Positions 45,511 to 56,448 of a stretch of DNA of 64,000 nt are shown here, piece by piece. Location of the stretch: positions 239,447 to 303,446 of the forward strand of contig CAKVOP010000001.1 in the NCBI GenBank assembly GCA_934793215.1, read 5' to 3'. The notes under the pieces are model-generated. The model saw nothing but the letters and a program-made list of their open reading frames with translations, did not search any database and had not been told where the DNA came from. The position numbers and the translations under genes are program-made. The first letter of the stretch is position 1. Each line of letters begins with the position of its first letter. Origin of the DNA: an uncultured Clostridia bacterium. GTDB lineage: Bacteria; Bacillota; Clostridia; Christensenellales; UBA1242.

Positions 45511-47319
45511 ATGGATAGAATGAAAAAAATAAGGAATTTTTGTATAGTTGCACATATTGACCACGGCAAAAGCACGCTGGCGGATAGACTAATGGAATTT
45601 ACTGGAACAGTTGCAAAACGCGACATGCAGGCACAACTTCTAGATAGCATGGAACTTGAACGCGAGAAAGGTATAACTATAAAGTTGACGCCTACTCGAA
45701 TGAACTATAAATTTGAGGGAGAAGATTATGAATTAAACCTAATTGACACCCCAGGACATGTGGATTTCACCTATGAAGTTTCGCGGTCTCTTATGGCTTG
45801 TGAGGGGGCAATACTTATCGTTGACGCGACACAAGGAGTGGAAGCACAAACGCTTGCAAATGCTTACCTTGCGATAGATAACAATCTTGAAATTTTGCCT
45901 GTTGTCAACAAAATTGACCTTCCTTCCGCACGCCCAGAAGAGGCTAAACGAGAAATTGAAGAGGTGGTTGGAATTCCAGCCATGCATGCTCCGTGTATTT
46001 CAGCAAAGGACGGAACAAATATTGAAAGCGTACTAGAAATGATTGTTAAAGAATTCCCAGCCCCAAAAGGGGACGAGAATGGCAAACTAAAATGCCTTAT
46101 ATTTGACAGTTATTATGACAATTTCAAAGGTGCAATTTGCCTTATTCGTGTTTTTGATGGTAGGGTTAAGGTTGGCGATAAAGTCAAAATGATGGAAACT
46201 GGCAAAGTTTATGAAGTAACCGAAGTTGGTATTTTTACACCGGCAGAAAAGCCTGTTGACGAACTTTGTGCTGGTGATGTTGGATATATCGCAGGTTCAA
46301 TAAAAAACATAAGCGATGTTGAGGTGGGAGATACAATTACAAACGCGTTAGACCCTACTGACAAACCTCTGCCGGGATATAAAAAAGTGCAACCTGTTGT
46401 TTTTTGCGGAGTCTTTCCAGTGGACGGTGCAAGATATAATGACCTTAAAGATGCCCTTGAAAAACTAAAACTGAATGATGCATCTTTGGAATATATCCCA
46501 GAAACGTCACAGGCGCTTGGTTTTGGTTTTCGTTGTGGATTTTTAGGGCTATTGCATCTTGAAATAATTACTGAACGAATTGAGCGAGAATTTAACCTTG
46601 ATATTATCACAACCGCACCTGGTGTTTACTATCATGTTCATAAAACTAATGGTGAGGTGCTTGAACTTTCAAACCCTTCTTCTCTTCCAAACCAAGTAGA
46701 AATTGATTATATTGAGGAACCCGTTGTGAAAGCAAGTGTGTATACGCCTCCCGAATATGTCGGTGCTATTATGGAACTATGCCAAGACAAACGCGGAACA
46801 TATAAAGACCTTGTATATCTTGACTCTAATCGCGTCAAAGTGAACTACATTCTTCCTCTTGGAGAAATTGTTTTTGACTTTTTTGATAGTTTGAAATCGC
46901 GAACAAAAGGTTACGCTAGTTTTGACTACGAACTTGCTGGCTATCAGCGTAGCGACCTTGTAAAAGTAGATATTCTTCTTAATGGCGACAAATGTGACGC
47001 TCTTTCAATAATCGTTCATAAAGACAAGGCTTATCAACGAGGACGAGCGTTAACAGAAAAACTTAAAAAAATTATTCCCAGACAACTGTTTGAAGTTCCA
47101 ATTCAAGCGGCAATCGGTGGAAAGATTATCGCAAGAGAAACAATTTCTGCTATGCGAAAAGATGTGCTTGCAAAGTGCTATGGTGGTGATGTAACGCGAA
47201 AACGCAAACTTCTTGAAAAGCAAAAAGAAGGGAAAAAGCGTATGAGAAAAATTGGTACTGTCGAAATTCCAAGTGAAGCATTTATGAGCATATTAAAACT
47301 TGATGATGAGGATAAATAA
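45511..47319 (+). CDS. lepA: Elongation factor 4 (LepA)
   Basis: [33 protein letters not shown], and the LepA-specific C-terminus. Start at 45511 or 45520. Confidence 0.95.
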   Translation: MDRMKKIRNFCIVAHIDHGKSTLADRLMEFTGTVAKRDMQAQLLDSMELEREKGITIKLTPTRMNYKFEGEDYELNLIDTPGHVDFTYEVSRSLMACEGAILIVDATQGVEAQTLANAYLAIDNNLEILPVVNKIDLPSARPEEAKREIEEVVGIPAMHAPCISAKDGTNIESVLEMIVKEFPAPKGDENGKLKCLIFDSYYDNFKGAICLIRVFDGRVKVGDKVKMMETGKVYEVTEVGIFTPAEKPVDELCAGDVGYIAGSIKNISDVEVGDTITNALDPTDKPLPGYKKVQPVVFCGVFPVDGARYNDLKDALEKLKLNDASLEYIPETSQALGFGFRCGFLGLLHLEIITERIEREFNLDIITTAPGVYYHVHKTNGEVLELSNPSSLPNQVEIDYIEEPVVKASVYTPPEYVGAIMELCQDKRGTYKDLVYLDSNRVKVNYILPLGEIVFDFFDSLKSRTKGYASFDYELAGYQRSDLVKVDILLNGDKCDALSIIVHKDKAYQRGRALTEKLKKIIPRQLFEVPIQAAIGGKIIARETISAMRKDVLAKCYGGDVTRKRKLLEKQKEGKKRMRKIGTVEIPSEAFMSILKLDDEDK

Positions 47320-47321
47320 AA

Positions 47322-48431
47322 ATGTTGGGAATTTATGTCCATTTTCCATTTTGTGAGAAAAAGTGCATTTATTGTGCTTTTTCTTCTTTTGTTGATAAAA
47401 ATAGGGAGAACGAATATGTTTCTCATCTTTTAATGGAAATCAAAACTTTTGCTACTGCTCATAAAGAGAATCATTTTAAAAAGGTTGACACAATTTATTT
47501 GGGTGGCGGAACGCCTAGCACAATCAGCGAAGAAAATATTGCTGTGGTTATGGACTGCTTGCGTGAAAATTTTGAAGTTTCGCCAAAAGCGGAAATAACT
47601 ATAGAGTGTAATCCTCACTCTACAACGCTTGAAAAACTTCAACTATATAAAAGTCTTGGAATAAATCGTGTCTCGTTTGGAGTTCAAAGTTTAAGCGATG
47701 AAGAACTTAAATTTTTAGGGAGACTTCACACCGCACAAGAGGCGAAAGACAAGATTGCGCTTGCTCAAAAGGCGGGGTTTGACAACATTTCCGCTGATCT
47801 TATAATAGGAATAAAAGGGCAAAGTGAAGAAAGTTTGCTTCAAAGTGCAAAAGACCTTATTATGAGTGGTGTTAATCATATATCTTCATATATGTTGCAA
47901 GTCGAAGACGGCACGCCACTTCAAAAGATGGTGAACGAAAGTCCAACATTACTCCCTGACGATGACGAGTGTGTAAGATTGTATGCCAGCCTTGTTTCGT
48001 ATCTTGCCAAAAATGGGTTTGAGCAATATGAAGTGTCAAATTTTGCAAAAGATGGTAAGATAAGTCATCACAACTATAAATATTGGACGGGGGAAGAATA
48101 TGTTGGCTTTGGGCTGGGAGCACACTCATATATCAACCGAATTAGAGAAGGAAACGCCACAAATTTTGATGACTATTTTAAAGGTAAAAAGGCACTTCGA
48201 GAAAAAATAGATCGCGATAAACTTATTGAAGAACATATTATGTTAGGGCTTCGTTGCACGGCGGGAATAAGCAAGGGGTATTTAAAGAGCCTTGGATATG
48301 ATATAACTAAAAATGAAAATTTTGACTATTTTCTTAAAAATGAAGTTTTAATAGAAGATAATGGCAAAATTTATCTTAATAAGAAATATTTTCAAGTAAA
48401 TAATTATATAATCGTTAAACTTCTTCCATAA
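47322..48431 (+). CDS. hemW: Radical SAM heme chaperone HemW (HemN-like)
   Basis: 369 aa. CxxxCxxC cluster (FCEKKCIYC) and a GGGTPS motif. The conserved lepA-hemW synteny is present. Confidence 0.85.
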   Translation: MLGIYVHFPFCEKKCIYCAFSSFVDKNRENEYVSHLLMEIKTFATAHKENHFKKVDTIYLGGGTPSTISEENIAVVMDCLRENFEVSPKAEITIECNPHSTTLEKLQLYKSLGINRVSFGVQSLSDEELKFLGRLHTAQEAKDKIALAQKAGFDNISADLIIGIKGQSEESLLQSAKDLIMSGVNHISSYMLQVEDGTPLQKMVNESPTLLPDDDECVRLYASLVSYLAKNGFEQYEVSNFAKDGKISHHNYKYWTGEEYVGFGLGAHSYINRIREGNATNFDDYFKGKKALREKIDRDKLIEEHIMLGLRCTAGISKGYLKSLGYDITKNENFDYFLKNEVLIEDNGKIYLNKKYFQVNNYIIVKLLP

Positions 48432-48513
48432 AACCTAAAAAAACACTTGCAATTTAAAAAGTGTTATGCTATACTCAACATGTAAAGTAAAAATGCTTTA
48501 CAAAAGGCAGAAA

Positions 48514-48795
48514 ATGAAGATAGCAGAAAACATTTATTTAGGCAAACTTTACGATGCTTATGGTGCACTTTTAAGTCCTTCACAAATGCAGGTGATGGAC
48601 AAGTTCATCAACGATGACCTTACCGTCAGTGAAATTGCTGAAATCTTGGGAATAAGTCGTCAAGGGGTTAAGGATAGTTTGTCAAAAGCCGAAAATAAAT
48701 TGAAAGGGTTTGAAGAAAAACTTTCGTTTGTCAAAAAACTTGAAGCGTTAGAAGAAGAAAACGACAAACTCAAACAAAAACTTTCTAGGAGGTAG
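48514..48795 (+). CDS. ylxM: YlxM/UPF0122 HTH protein upstream of ffh
   Basis: LYDAYGALLSPSQMQVMDKFINDDLTVSEIAEILGISRQGVKDSL. Conserved position before ffh. Confidence 0.8.
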   Translation: MKIAENIYLGKLYDAYGALLSPSQMQVMDKFINDDLTVSEIAEILGISRQGVKDSLSKAENKLKGFEEKLSFVKKLEALEEENDKLKQKLSRR

Positions 48796-48796
48796 T

Positions 48797-50110
48797 ATGG
48801 CGTTATTTTCGTCATTAGCAGAAAAATTTAACCATATTTTCTCGAAACTCACAAAGCGAGGGAAACTGACAAGCCTTGAGATTAAAGAGGCAATGAGGGA
48901 AGTCAGGATTGCATTACTTGAAGCCGATGTAAACTATTTGGTAGCAAAAGATTTTGTGGCCAAGGTAAGCGAAAAGGCAGTAGGTGATGAAGTTTTAAAG
49001 AGTTTGACTCCATCTCAACAAGTTATAAAAATTGTTAAAGATGAAATGACGCTTCTCATGTCAAGCCCAAATCAAAAACTTGCTGTTTCGCCAGCACCAC
49101 CAACTATCATAATGATGTGTGGGCTTCAAGGCGCGGGCAAAACTACAATGTGTGCTAAACTTGCCCAACACCTCAAAAAGTCTGGCAAAAAACCATTATT
49201 AGTAGCGTGCGATATTTACCGTCCTGCTGCTATTAACCAACTTCAAGTTGTCGGGAAACAAGCGGGAGCCGAGGTCTTCGAGAGAGGTACTCAAAACCCT
49301 GTAAAGACTGCAAAACAAGCAGTTGAGCATGCAAAAAAACAAGGTTATGACACAGTAATTATAGATACAGCGGGCAGACTTCATATCAATGAAGAACTTA
49401 TGAACGAACTTAAAAACATAAAAAAAGAGGTCGCTCCAACTGAAATTTTACTGGTCGTAGATGCTATGACTGGACAAGATGCGGTGACAGTTGCCGAAAG
49501 TTTTAATCGTGACCTAGACATAACAGGGGTTATACTCACTAAACTTGACGGCGATACTCGTGGTGGTGCAGCACTTTCAATAAAAGCCATCACAGGAAAA
49601 CCAATAAAATTTACTGGTGTTGGAGAGAAAATCGGCGATATTGAACCTTTTTATCCAGACCGTATTGCAAGCCGTATTTTAGGAATGGGAGATGTGCTTT
49701 CTCTTATTGAAAAAGCACAAGAAGCAGTAAGCGAAGAGCAAGCCAAAGAGATGGAGAAAAAGTTTAGGGAAAATTCCTTTACTTTTGATGACTATCTTGC
49801 CCAACTTGACAATATCAAAAAGATGGGCAACATTAAAGACCTTTTAGGAATGATACCAGGACTTGGAAGCAAAATCAAAAATCTCGACATAGACGAAAAA
49901 CAGATGCAAACAAACAAGGCAATAATTCAGTCTATGACCCCAAAGGAAAGAAGAAATCCTGAAATCATTAAGGCAAGCCGTAGGCAAAGAATCGCCAGCG
50001 GAAGCGGGACAACCGTTCAACAAGTTAATCAACTTTTGAAACAATTTGAACAGTCAAAAGAAATGATGAAACAACTTAAAAACGGAAAATTTAAACGCGG
50101 ATTATTTTAA
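48797..50110 (+). CDS. ffh: Signal recognition particle protein Ffh
   Basis: 437 aa. GLQGAGKTT, DTAGR, TKLDGD, and a Met-rich M domain. Confidence 0.95.
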   Translation: MALFSSLAEKFNHIFSKLTKRGKLTSLEIKEAMREVRIALLEADVNYLVAKDFVAKVSEKAVGDEVLKSLTPSQQVIKIVKDEMTLLMSSPNQKLAVSPAPPTIIMMCGLQGAGKTTMCAKLAQHLKKSGKKPLLVACDIYRPAAINQLQVVGKQAGAEVFERGTQNPVKTAKQAVEHAKKQGYDTVIIDTAGRLHINEELMNELKNIKKEVAPTEILLVVDAMTGQDAVTVAESFNRDLDITGVILTKLDGDTRGGAALSIKAITGKPIKFTGVGEKIGDIEPFYPDRIASRILGMGDVLSLIEKAQEAVSEEQAKEMEKKFRENSFTFDDYLAQLDNIKKMGNIKDLLGMIPGLGSKIKNLDIDEKQMQTNKAIIQSMTPKERRNPEIIKASRRQRIASGSGTTVQQVNQLLKQFEQSKEMMKQLKNGKFKRGLF

Positions 50111-50188
50111 TTAGGTATAACGCTCGCTTTGTCGGGCTATACATAGCAAAAGGGAAACCGTTTGCAAAAATCTAACAAGGAGGAAAAC

Positions 50189-50437
50189 ATGGCAGTTAAG
50201 ATTAGACTTACAAGAAAAGGTGACAAAAAATCACCATTTTACAGAGTAGTTGTTGCGGATTCAAGAGCACCAAGAGACGGAAAGTTCATCGACATTATTG
50301 GAACTTACAATCCACTCACTGACCCAGCTGAAATCAAAATTGACGCTGAAAAAGCACAAACTTGGCTCAAAAATGGCGCTACACCAACAGACACAGCAAA
50401 ACAAATTCTTGTAAAAAGTGGCGTTATTGAAAAATAA
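50189..50437 (+). CDS. rpsP: 30S ribosomal protein S16
   Basis: [44 protein letters not shown]. Confidence 0.95.
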   Translation: MAVKIRLTRKGDKKSPFYRVVVADSRAPRDGKFIDIIGTYNPLTDPAEIKIDAEKAQTWLKNGATPTDTAKQILVKSGVIEK

Positions 50438-50458
50438 GTAATTTAAGGAGAGAAGTTT

Positions 50459-50689
50459 ATGAAAGAACTTATCGAATACCTTGTTAAAAGCCTCGTCGTT
50501 GACGAAAGTGCTGTTGTTGTCACAGAAACAGAAGATAATGGTGACACTGTTTATCATGTCTCTGTAAGTGAAGACGATATGGGAAGAGTAATTGGCAAGG
50601 GTGGAAAGGTTGCTTCCAGCATCAGAGCAATCGTTAAATCCATTTCAGCAAGACAACACAAAAATGTCTTTGTCAAGTTTGGAGAATAA
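50459..50689 (+). CDS. khpA: KH-domain RNA-binding protein (KhpA/YlqC)
   Basis: 76 aa. MGRVIGKGGKVASSIRAIV (GxxG KH motif). Conserved position after rpsP. Confidence 0.85.
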   Translation: MKELIEYLVKSLVVDESAVVVTETEDNGDTVYHVSVSEDDMGRVIGKGGKVASSIRAIVKSISARQHKNVFVKFGE

Positions 50690-51175
50690 ATGATAGAGAT
50701 TGCAAAAATCTTAAAACCGCAAGGAATCAAAGGTGAGGTAAAGGCATTGCCTCTCACCAATGTCCTTGCTGTTTTTAATAATATAGAAACTTGTTTTGTG
50801 GGCAATAAATCAATGAAAATTGAGCATGCAGTTTTAAGACAAGGCTTCTTGTATGTAAAGTTTGAGGGGGTAAATACTCGTAATGATGCAGAACTTTACA
50901 GAAACAAAGACATTTGCGTAGACAAATCACTACTCGAAGAATTAAAAGATGAAGATGACTTCTTGATTGACGACCTTGTCGGCATGGTTATATACGATGA
51001 CCAAGGTGACATGGTAGGGCAAATTGTAGACATCGTAAACTATGGTGCTTGTGACATATTTGTGCTGGAAAAAGATGGCAGGGAATATGAAGTACCTTAT
51101 GTAGAAGAAGTTTTTTATAAGGAAGGCGACCTTTTGAAGGCTAGAAAAGAAAAACTTGAAGAGGTTATGATATGA
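50690..51175 (+). CDS. rimM: 16S rRNA processing protein RimM
   Basis: IAKILKPQGIKGEVKALP N-terminus and a PRC-barrel C-terminus. Conserved operon position. Confidence 0.85.
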   Translation: MIEIAKILKPQGIKGEVKALPLTNVLAVFNNIETCFVGNKSMKIEHAVLRQGFLYVKFEGVNTRNDAELYRNKDICVDKSLLEELKDEDDFLIDDLVGMVIYDDQGDMVGQIVDIVNYGACDIFVLEKDGREYEVPYVEEVFYKEGDLLKARKEKLEEVMI

Positions 51176-51837
51176 AGATTGATATTTTGACGCTTTTTCC
51201 AGAAGGTTTCTCATACCTTAATACCAGCATATTAAAGAGGGCAAAGGAAGAAGGAAAGCTTGAAATAAATATCATCGATATTCGTGAGTTTTCCACCAAT
51301 AAACATAAAAAATGTGATGATTATCCGTTTGGCGGAGGTGCTGGAATGCTTATGGCGGTTCAGCCTCTTTACGACGCAATAAAAAGCGTAAATGACGAAA
51401 ATGCACACTTAATTTTCCCAAGCCCAAGCGGTAAAAAATTTTCAAGTGAACTTGTACAAGAATACGCAAAAGAAGAACATCTTGTTTTCATATGTGGTCA
51501 TTATGAAGGAATAGACCAGCGTATTTTAGACATTTTTAAACCTGATGAAGTCACTATTGGGGATTATGTTCTCACAGGCGGAGAGCTTCCAGCAATGGTT
51601 ATGGTGGACGCGATTTCAAGATATGTTGATGGAGTTATTAGCAAGGAAAGTTTGGAAGAGGAAAGTTTTTCAAACGGTCTTCTCGAATACCCTCAATACA
51701 CACGCCCAGCCGATTTTCTGGGACACTCTGTCCCAGAAGTCTTGCTTTCTGGAAATCATGGCGAGGTCGCAAAGTGGCGTAAACAAAAAAGTCTTGAAAA
51801 GACAAAAATGGTTCGCCCTGATTTAATTGAAGAGTAG
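51172..51837 (+). CDS. trmD: tRNA (guanine37-N1)-methyltransferase TrmD
   Basis: MKIDILTLFPE..., DDYPFGGGAGMLM, GHYEGIDQR, LTGGELPAMV. Confidence 0.95.
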   Translation: MKIDILTLFPEGFSYLNTSILKRAKEEGKLEINIIDIREFSTNKHKKCDDYPFGGGAGMLMAVQPLYDAIKSVNDENAHLIFPSPSGKKFSSELVQEYAKEEHLVFICGHYEGIDQRILDIFKPDEVTIGDYVLTGGELPAMVMVDAISRYVDGVISKESLEEESFSNGLLEYPQYTRPADFLGHSVPEVLLSGNHGEVAKWRKQKSLEKTKMVRPDLIEE

Positions 51838-51897
51838 TTCCCAATTAAAATAGAAATTACTTTTGCCAAAATGGAGAGGCTAAAATAGGAGAAATTT

Positions 51898-52713
51898 ATG
51901 AAGATTAATTGGTTTCCGGGGCATATGACAAAAGCCCTAAAAGAAATAAAAACACTTCTAAATAATATTGATGTAGTGGTGTATGTGCTTGATAGCCGTG
52001 CGCCAATTTCTTCAATCAATCCAAGCCTTAACAAACTTTCGCAAAATAAACCAGTCCTTTATGTTTTCAACAAGACAGACCTTGCTGATGAGGAAAGGGT
52101 AAAAATGCTTGCAAAGGATTTCAAAGCTGATAAAAGTGATTATTGTCTTGTAAACTCAACAATGTCGGGTTCAAGTAAAGTCATAAAGCAAAAAATCAAC
52201 TTTTTGGCAAAAGCAAAAATCGAAAAATTTAGAGCAAAGGGAATACGAACTCTTGTAAGGGCAATAGTCATAGGAGTGCCAAATTCTGGTAAAAGCACAC
52301 TTGTCAACAATCTTTGTGGGAAAGCAAAAGCAGTCACTGGAAACAGACCTGGTGTAACAAAAACGGCACAATGGCTGAATATCGGTGACAATGTCGAACT
52401 ATGCGACACGCCAGGGACGCTTTATCCAAATCTTGAAAATCAATCTGTTGCATTAAAACTGTTATTTATCGGGAGCATCAAAGACGAAATCATTGCAGAC
52501 CAATGTGAAGTAGCCGAGGCACTACTAAAAATGATTGACGAAAAATATCCTAACCTTTTGCAAATTAGATATGGTGACGACTTGACACTTGAAGGGATCG
52601 CGAAAAAACGAGGCTACATAATTTCAAAAGAAGAGTATGACCTTGAACGCACCGCAAACGCAATAATTGATGATTTTAGAAAGGGTAAAATAGGAAGGAT
52701 AACACTCGACTAA
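51898..52713 (+). CDS. rbgA: Ribosome biogenesis GTPase A (RbgA/YlqF)
   Basis: INWFPGHMTKA. Circularly permuted GTPase motifs (NKTDL ... GVPNSGKST ... DTPG). Confidence 0.9.
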   Translation: MKINWFPGHMTKALKEIKTLLNNIDVVVYVLDSRAPISSINPSLNKLSQNKPVLYVFNKTDLADEERVKMLAKDFKADKSDYCLVNSTMSGSSKVIKQKINFLAKAKIEKFRAKGIRTLVRAIVIGVPNSGKSTLVNNLCGKAKAVTGNRPGVTKTAQWLNIGDNVELCDTPGTLYPNLENQSVALKLLFIGSIKDEIIADQCEVAEALLKMIDEKYPNLLQIRYGDDLTLEGIAKKRGYIISKEEYDLERTANAIIDDFRKGKIGRITLD

Positions 52714-53057
52714 TGAAATTTTATAATAAAGTTACTGGTGAAGTAGGCGAAATAATCGCCCAAAAGTACTTAAAAAAGAAAAAATATAGAATTTTAGAGA
52801 CAAATTTTCACTCTAAAATAGGTGAAATAGATATAATTGCACAAAAATGCGAACAAATCGTTTTTATTGAGGTAAAAACGAGAGAAAGTTTAGCGTTTGG
52901 TCAGCCTAGCGAAGCAGTCAATAAACATAAACAATGGAAGATTCACCAAGTTGCCGAGGCATATTTAATAAAAAATAGATTAATAGGTTATCCTTGTAGA
53001 TTTGACGTTATTGAAATTTTAGACGGGAAACTTAATCATATAGAAAATGCGTTTTAA
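52713..53057 (+). CDS. yraN: YraN-family (UPF0102) endonuclease-like protein
   Basis: 114 aa. GEVGEIIAQKYLKKKKYRILETNFHSKIGEIDIIA...VFIEVKTR. Confidence 0.85.
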   Translation: MKFYNKVTGEVGEIIAQKYLKKKKYRILETNFHSKIGEIDIIAQKCEQIVFIEVKTRESLAFGQPSEAVNKHKQWKIHQVAEAYLIKNRLIGYPCRFDVIEILDGKLNHIENAF

Positions 53058-53255
53058 CACGCATTTTTTGTTTTCAAATTCAGTAGTTTTTTAAGTTTTA
53101 AATTATCCAATTTATATTATAATCAGGTTTAGTCAACATATTTATACAAGCAAGCTTACTTTTATGAGTGGGGGACAAATATTTAAAAACTCTTTTCCCC
53201 TCGGTGCATTTTTGTTATAAATAAAAAAAATCTTGGCAATAAATCTTTCAAAGAG

Positions 53256-53771
53256 GTGTATATGAAGGTTTTTAAAAAAGTTGTTGCATGTTTCGCGTTA
53301 ATTTGTTTTGCTCTTTGCCTTGTGGGCTGTGAAGATGCCACTAAAATTAGATGTGCGTCAATAAGTGAAATTACGAGTGCTGGGAGCAAAAACTATGGTG
53401 TAAGGATTTCTTATCAAGACGATAAGCGTCTAGAAAGCAAAGCCACCGATGTGCAAATAAAGTTTTCAAAAATAGGGACTTATACATTTTGGGAAGAAAA
53501 TGACACTAAACTTCAATTTGTAATCACTGAAATGGACGAGTGGTACTCAATGACCAACCTAATATGCAAGGCGAAAGGAAAAGAGGGTGAGGAGAAATTC
53601 GAAGAACTAAAAAACGCAAAAACCAAGTTTTACCTATTTAATTTTGACGGGAAAAGTGAAATTACTATTAGAGTCGTTGCGGGTCAAAAAGAAAACAATT
53701 TAAATCGAACGGGGGAAATTCTGGTCGGTAGCGAACCCATTTCATCACAATTTACTTTAAAAATAAAATAA
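53256..53771 (+). CDS. Lipoprotein of unknown function
   Basis: 171 aa. Lipobox LCLVGCED. Confidence 0.7.
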   Translation: MYMKVFKKVVACFALICFALCLVGCEDATKIRCASISEITSAGSKNYGVRISYQDDKRLESKATDVQIKFSKIGTYTFWEENDTKLQFVITEMDEWYSMTNLICKAKGKEGEEKFEELKNAKTKFYLFNFDGKSEITIRVVAGQKENNLNRTGEILVGSEPISSQFTLKIK

Positions 53772-53830
53772 AAGCCAAAAAACGCTTTTATTTTTTTTAT
53801 TATTATTGTAAAATATGTTAGGAGAATTTT

Positions 53831-54481
53831 ATGATAAGAATAAAAGATATGTTTCTTCGTTATACTCGTGAGTTTTACGCACTTTATAACATAAACATGT
53901 ATATAGAAGACGGTGAAAGTGTGGCTTTTGTTGGACAAGATGAAAGCGGGAAAACAAGCCTTTTAAGAATTTTGGCTAAACTTGAAAAACTTACAAAGGG
54001 TGAAGTGTATATCAAGGATATTCCAATTGAAAAATTAAGTTATAAAGATGATGTAAGTGCAGGATATGTTCCTGCAAAACCAGTTTTTTTAGAAAAAAAG
54101 TCAGTTTACGAAAACTTTCGATATATTCTAAAAAATTGGGGATACGAAGATGGCGAGATTGAAAACAAAATAAATGAATGTATCATTGAGTATAGCCTTG
54201 AAAAAATCAAAGACACACCTGTTAAAGACTTGTCACTTGAAGAGCAATATGTTTTGTCGTTAATACGTCTCACTTTCAGAGACCTAGATTTGCTTTTAGT
54301 GGACAATATTTTTGACGGGCTTAGTGAGACCACTTTGGAAGTTGTATTAAGTTTAATCAAATCTCTCCAAAAGAAAAAAACCACCCTTGTGGTTGCGACA
54401 ACAGAAGAGTGGATTGCAAATAAATTGTGTAAACGTAAAATCTATTTTAAACATGGTTCAATTGTCGACAAACTTGATTAG
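53831..54481 (+). CDS. ABC-ATPase-fold protein with degenerate catalytic motifs, orphan
   Basis: 216 aa. Walker A is present (GQDESGKTS). The signature reads LSLEEQ (usually LSGGQ). Walker B reads LLLVDNIFDGLS, with Asn at the catalytic Glu position. No H-loop His (VATTEE). No permease adjacent. Confidence 0.65.
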   Translation: MIRIKDMFLRYTREFYALYNINMYIEDGESVAFVGQDESGKTSLLRILAKLEKLTKGEVYIKDIPIEKLSYKDDVSAGYVPAKPVFLEKKSVYENFRYILKNWGYEDGEIENKINECIIEYSLEKIKDTPVKDLSLEEQYVLSLIRLTFRDLDLLLVDNIFDGLSETTLEVVLSLIKSLQKKKTTLVVATTEEWIANKLCKRKIYFKHGSIVDKLD

Positions 54482-54517
54482 TTGAAGTTCTGTTAAAAAG
54501 CCATATTAAATTTTTCT

Positions 54518-54868
54518 TTAAAGCAAAATTTCTTTTTCAGGAAGAGGAGTTTCCTCTTCTTTTTTGTTGTTTGTCATAAGTGATGCAACGCTTGCAAGAG
54601 GAGAATTCTTACCTGCAACATTAGAAAGGATTGATGAAAGATTACCTTTATTACCAGCCAGCAAAGCTAGCAGATTTTCTATATTGAAAACGCTATTGTT
54701 TGTATTTTGGGGTGGTTCTTGTGAAATTGTATATGCCTCTTTGGGGTAGCCATAATATGCAGGATTTTGTTTTTCTTGCGTCTGGGCTTGACTTGTGGAC
54801 GGGTTGCCTGAAAAATTAAATCCGCTTGAAAGCATTTTAAAAAGGCTTGACAAAAAATTATTATCCAT
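54518..54868 (-). CDS. Hypothetical low-complexity protein (116 aa)
   Basis: ORF only. Gln, Asn, Ser and Pro rich, no recognised motif. Confidence 0.4.
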   Translation of the reverse strand: MDNNFLSSLFKMLSSGFNFSGNPSTSQAQTQEKQNPAYYGYPKEAYTISQEPPQNTNNSVFNIENLLALLAGNKGNLSSILSNVAGKNSPLASVASLMTNNKKEEETPLPEKEILL

Positions 54869-55037
54869 GCTTTTAAATATGATAATAAATGTTAAAATGT
54901 GAATGATATTTAAATCTATATAGTTTTAGTATTCTTTGTGTTTTCCAAAATATTGTATATAGCAAAGAAGATATTGTGTAAAAGTTCTTGTGTAATTTGG
55001 CGGAAGGCGGTCATATATTGAAATAGAGAGGTGAGTT

Positions 55038-55298
55038 ATGGCAAAACTTTCAAATTTTAAAAGTGAAAATGAGGCAAAAAGTCCCAGCCGAGATGAACTT
55101 GAAAAGAAGGTTGAAGAATATAAATCTATGAATGAAAGCCAGCTTAAAAGCGAACTTTTTAGGCAAGTTGCACAACAAAAGAAAGAAGGAAAGTTTAATA
55201 TCAATGCTTTAAGGGAAATGGCTGAGTCAGTTCGGGGAGTTGTTGGAGAGGAAAGTTACAAAAATATTTGTGCTCTTTTAGGTGAAATTGATGGTTAA
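55038..55298 (+). CDS. Small charged hypothetical protein (86 aa)
   Basis: GAGAGG RBS. Overlaps the S8 peptidase start. Confidence 0.5.
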   Translation: MAKLSNFKSENEAKSPSRDELEKKVEEYKSMNESQLKSELFRQVAQQKKEGKFNINALREMAESVRGVVGEESYKNICALLGEIDG

Positions 55299-56448
55299 GC
55301 AAAAGATAGACCCATTCCTTTTAAACCTCATTTCCATGCTTTCGGCAGGTGCTAGACAAGAATGTTTTGTTTCTGCAAGCGATTATCAAAGACTTCGCAA
55401 AGTAATAAAATTGCGAGGCATACCACTTTTAAATGAATATTTATTCATAAAGTCCTTTCATGTAAAACTCACAAAAGCCGAAATGGTGTCCTTTTCAAAA
55501 ATGAGCCAAGTGAAATTTATTTCACATGTTGCTTCAGCCAGTACACTCATGAATATTTCAAAAAAGATTTTGGGGGCAGACAATATCCCTCTTGCTGGTG
55601 AAGGGCAAACAGTTGCAATAATTGACACTGGCGTATCGCGACACCCAGATTTTTGTTTGGGGGAAAATCGAATTACATATTTTAAGGATTTTATTTCTTC
55701 TAAAACAGAACCTTATGACGACAACGGACATGGGACTTTTGTCGCAGGAGTATGTGCTGGGAACGGAGCGTTGTCAAAAGGCTATTATGCAGGTATTGCA
55801 CCCAAGGCAAAAATAGTTTCTTTAAAAGCATTAAATGGGCAAGGAGAAGCGTCAGCAGACAAAATTTTAGAGGCCATGGAATGGGTTTATGATAATCACA
55901 AAAAGTTTAATATTAAAGTTGTTTGTATGAGTTTTGGAAGTGAGCCTCTTGGATATAATGACCCTATCATGGCGGGTGCAGAAGCACTTTGGGACGAAGG
56001 CGTGGTGGTTGTCGCCGCGGCGGGGAATAGCGGACCCGAATTTCAAACGATAAAAAGCCCAGGTGTTTCTAGTAAGATTATTACTGTTGGTGGTTTCAAT
56101 GATAATAGGCTTGATGAAGAAACATTTAACCACAATTTTTTTGAGGTGGCAGATTTCTCTTCTCGTGGCCCAGCATTTTCAAGATTTAAACCAGACCTTA
56201 TTGCACCAAGCGTTGATATAATTTCATGTGGAATAAAAAAGCCTTACACCTCATTAAGCGGTACAAGTGTTGCCACTCCAATGATTGCAGGCATATGTCT
56301 CTTAATGTTTGAAAAAGATAAAAGTTTGTCCCCAAACACTTTAAAAAGAATACTTATGACAAATTGTAAACCCATTTCATACAACAAAAATTTGGAGGGA
56401 CTGGGTTATCCAAACCTCCAAACTCTTTTTAGGATCAATCAAGGCTGA
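55291..56448 (+). CDS. S8-family (subtilisin-like) serine peptidase
   Basis: Catalytic triad contexts AIIDTGV (Asp), HGTFVAG (His) and GTSVATPMIAG (Ser). Confidence 0.9.
   Translation: MVKQKIDPFLLNLISMLSAGARQECFVSASDYQRLRKVIKLRGIPLLNEYLFIKSFHVKLTKAEMVSFSKMSQVKFISHVASASTLMNISKKILGADNIPLAGEGQTVAIIDTGVSRHPDFCLGENRITYFKDFISSKTEPYDDNGHGTFVAGVCAGNGALSKGYYAGIAPKAKIVSLKALNGQGEASADKILEAMEWVYDNHKKFNIKVVCMSFGSEPLGYNDPIMAGAEALWDEGVVVVAAAGNSGPEFQTIKSPGVSSKIITVGGFNDNRLDEETFNHNFFEVADFSSRGPAFSRFKPDLIAPSVDIISCGIKKPYTSLSGTSVATPMIAGICLLMFEKDKSLSPNTLKRILMTNCKPISYNKNLEGLGYPNLQTLFRINQG

Noticed and set aside
51837-51898. Absence of rplS (L19) after trmD, where it commonly follows in the rpsP-rimM-trmD-rplS cluster.
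   Set aside because: Gene order varies among lineages and rbgA follows directly here. rplS is probably elsewhere. Not informative without the full genome.
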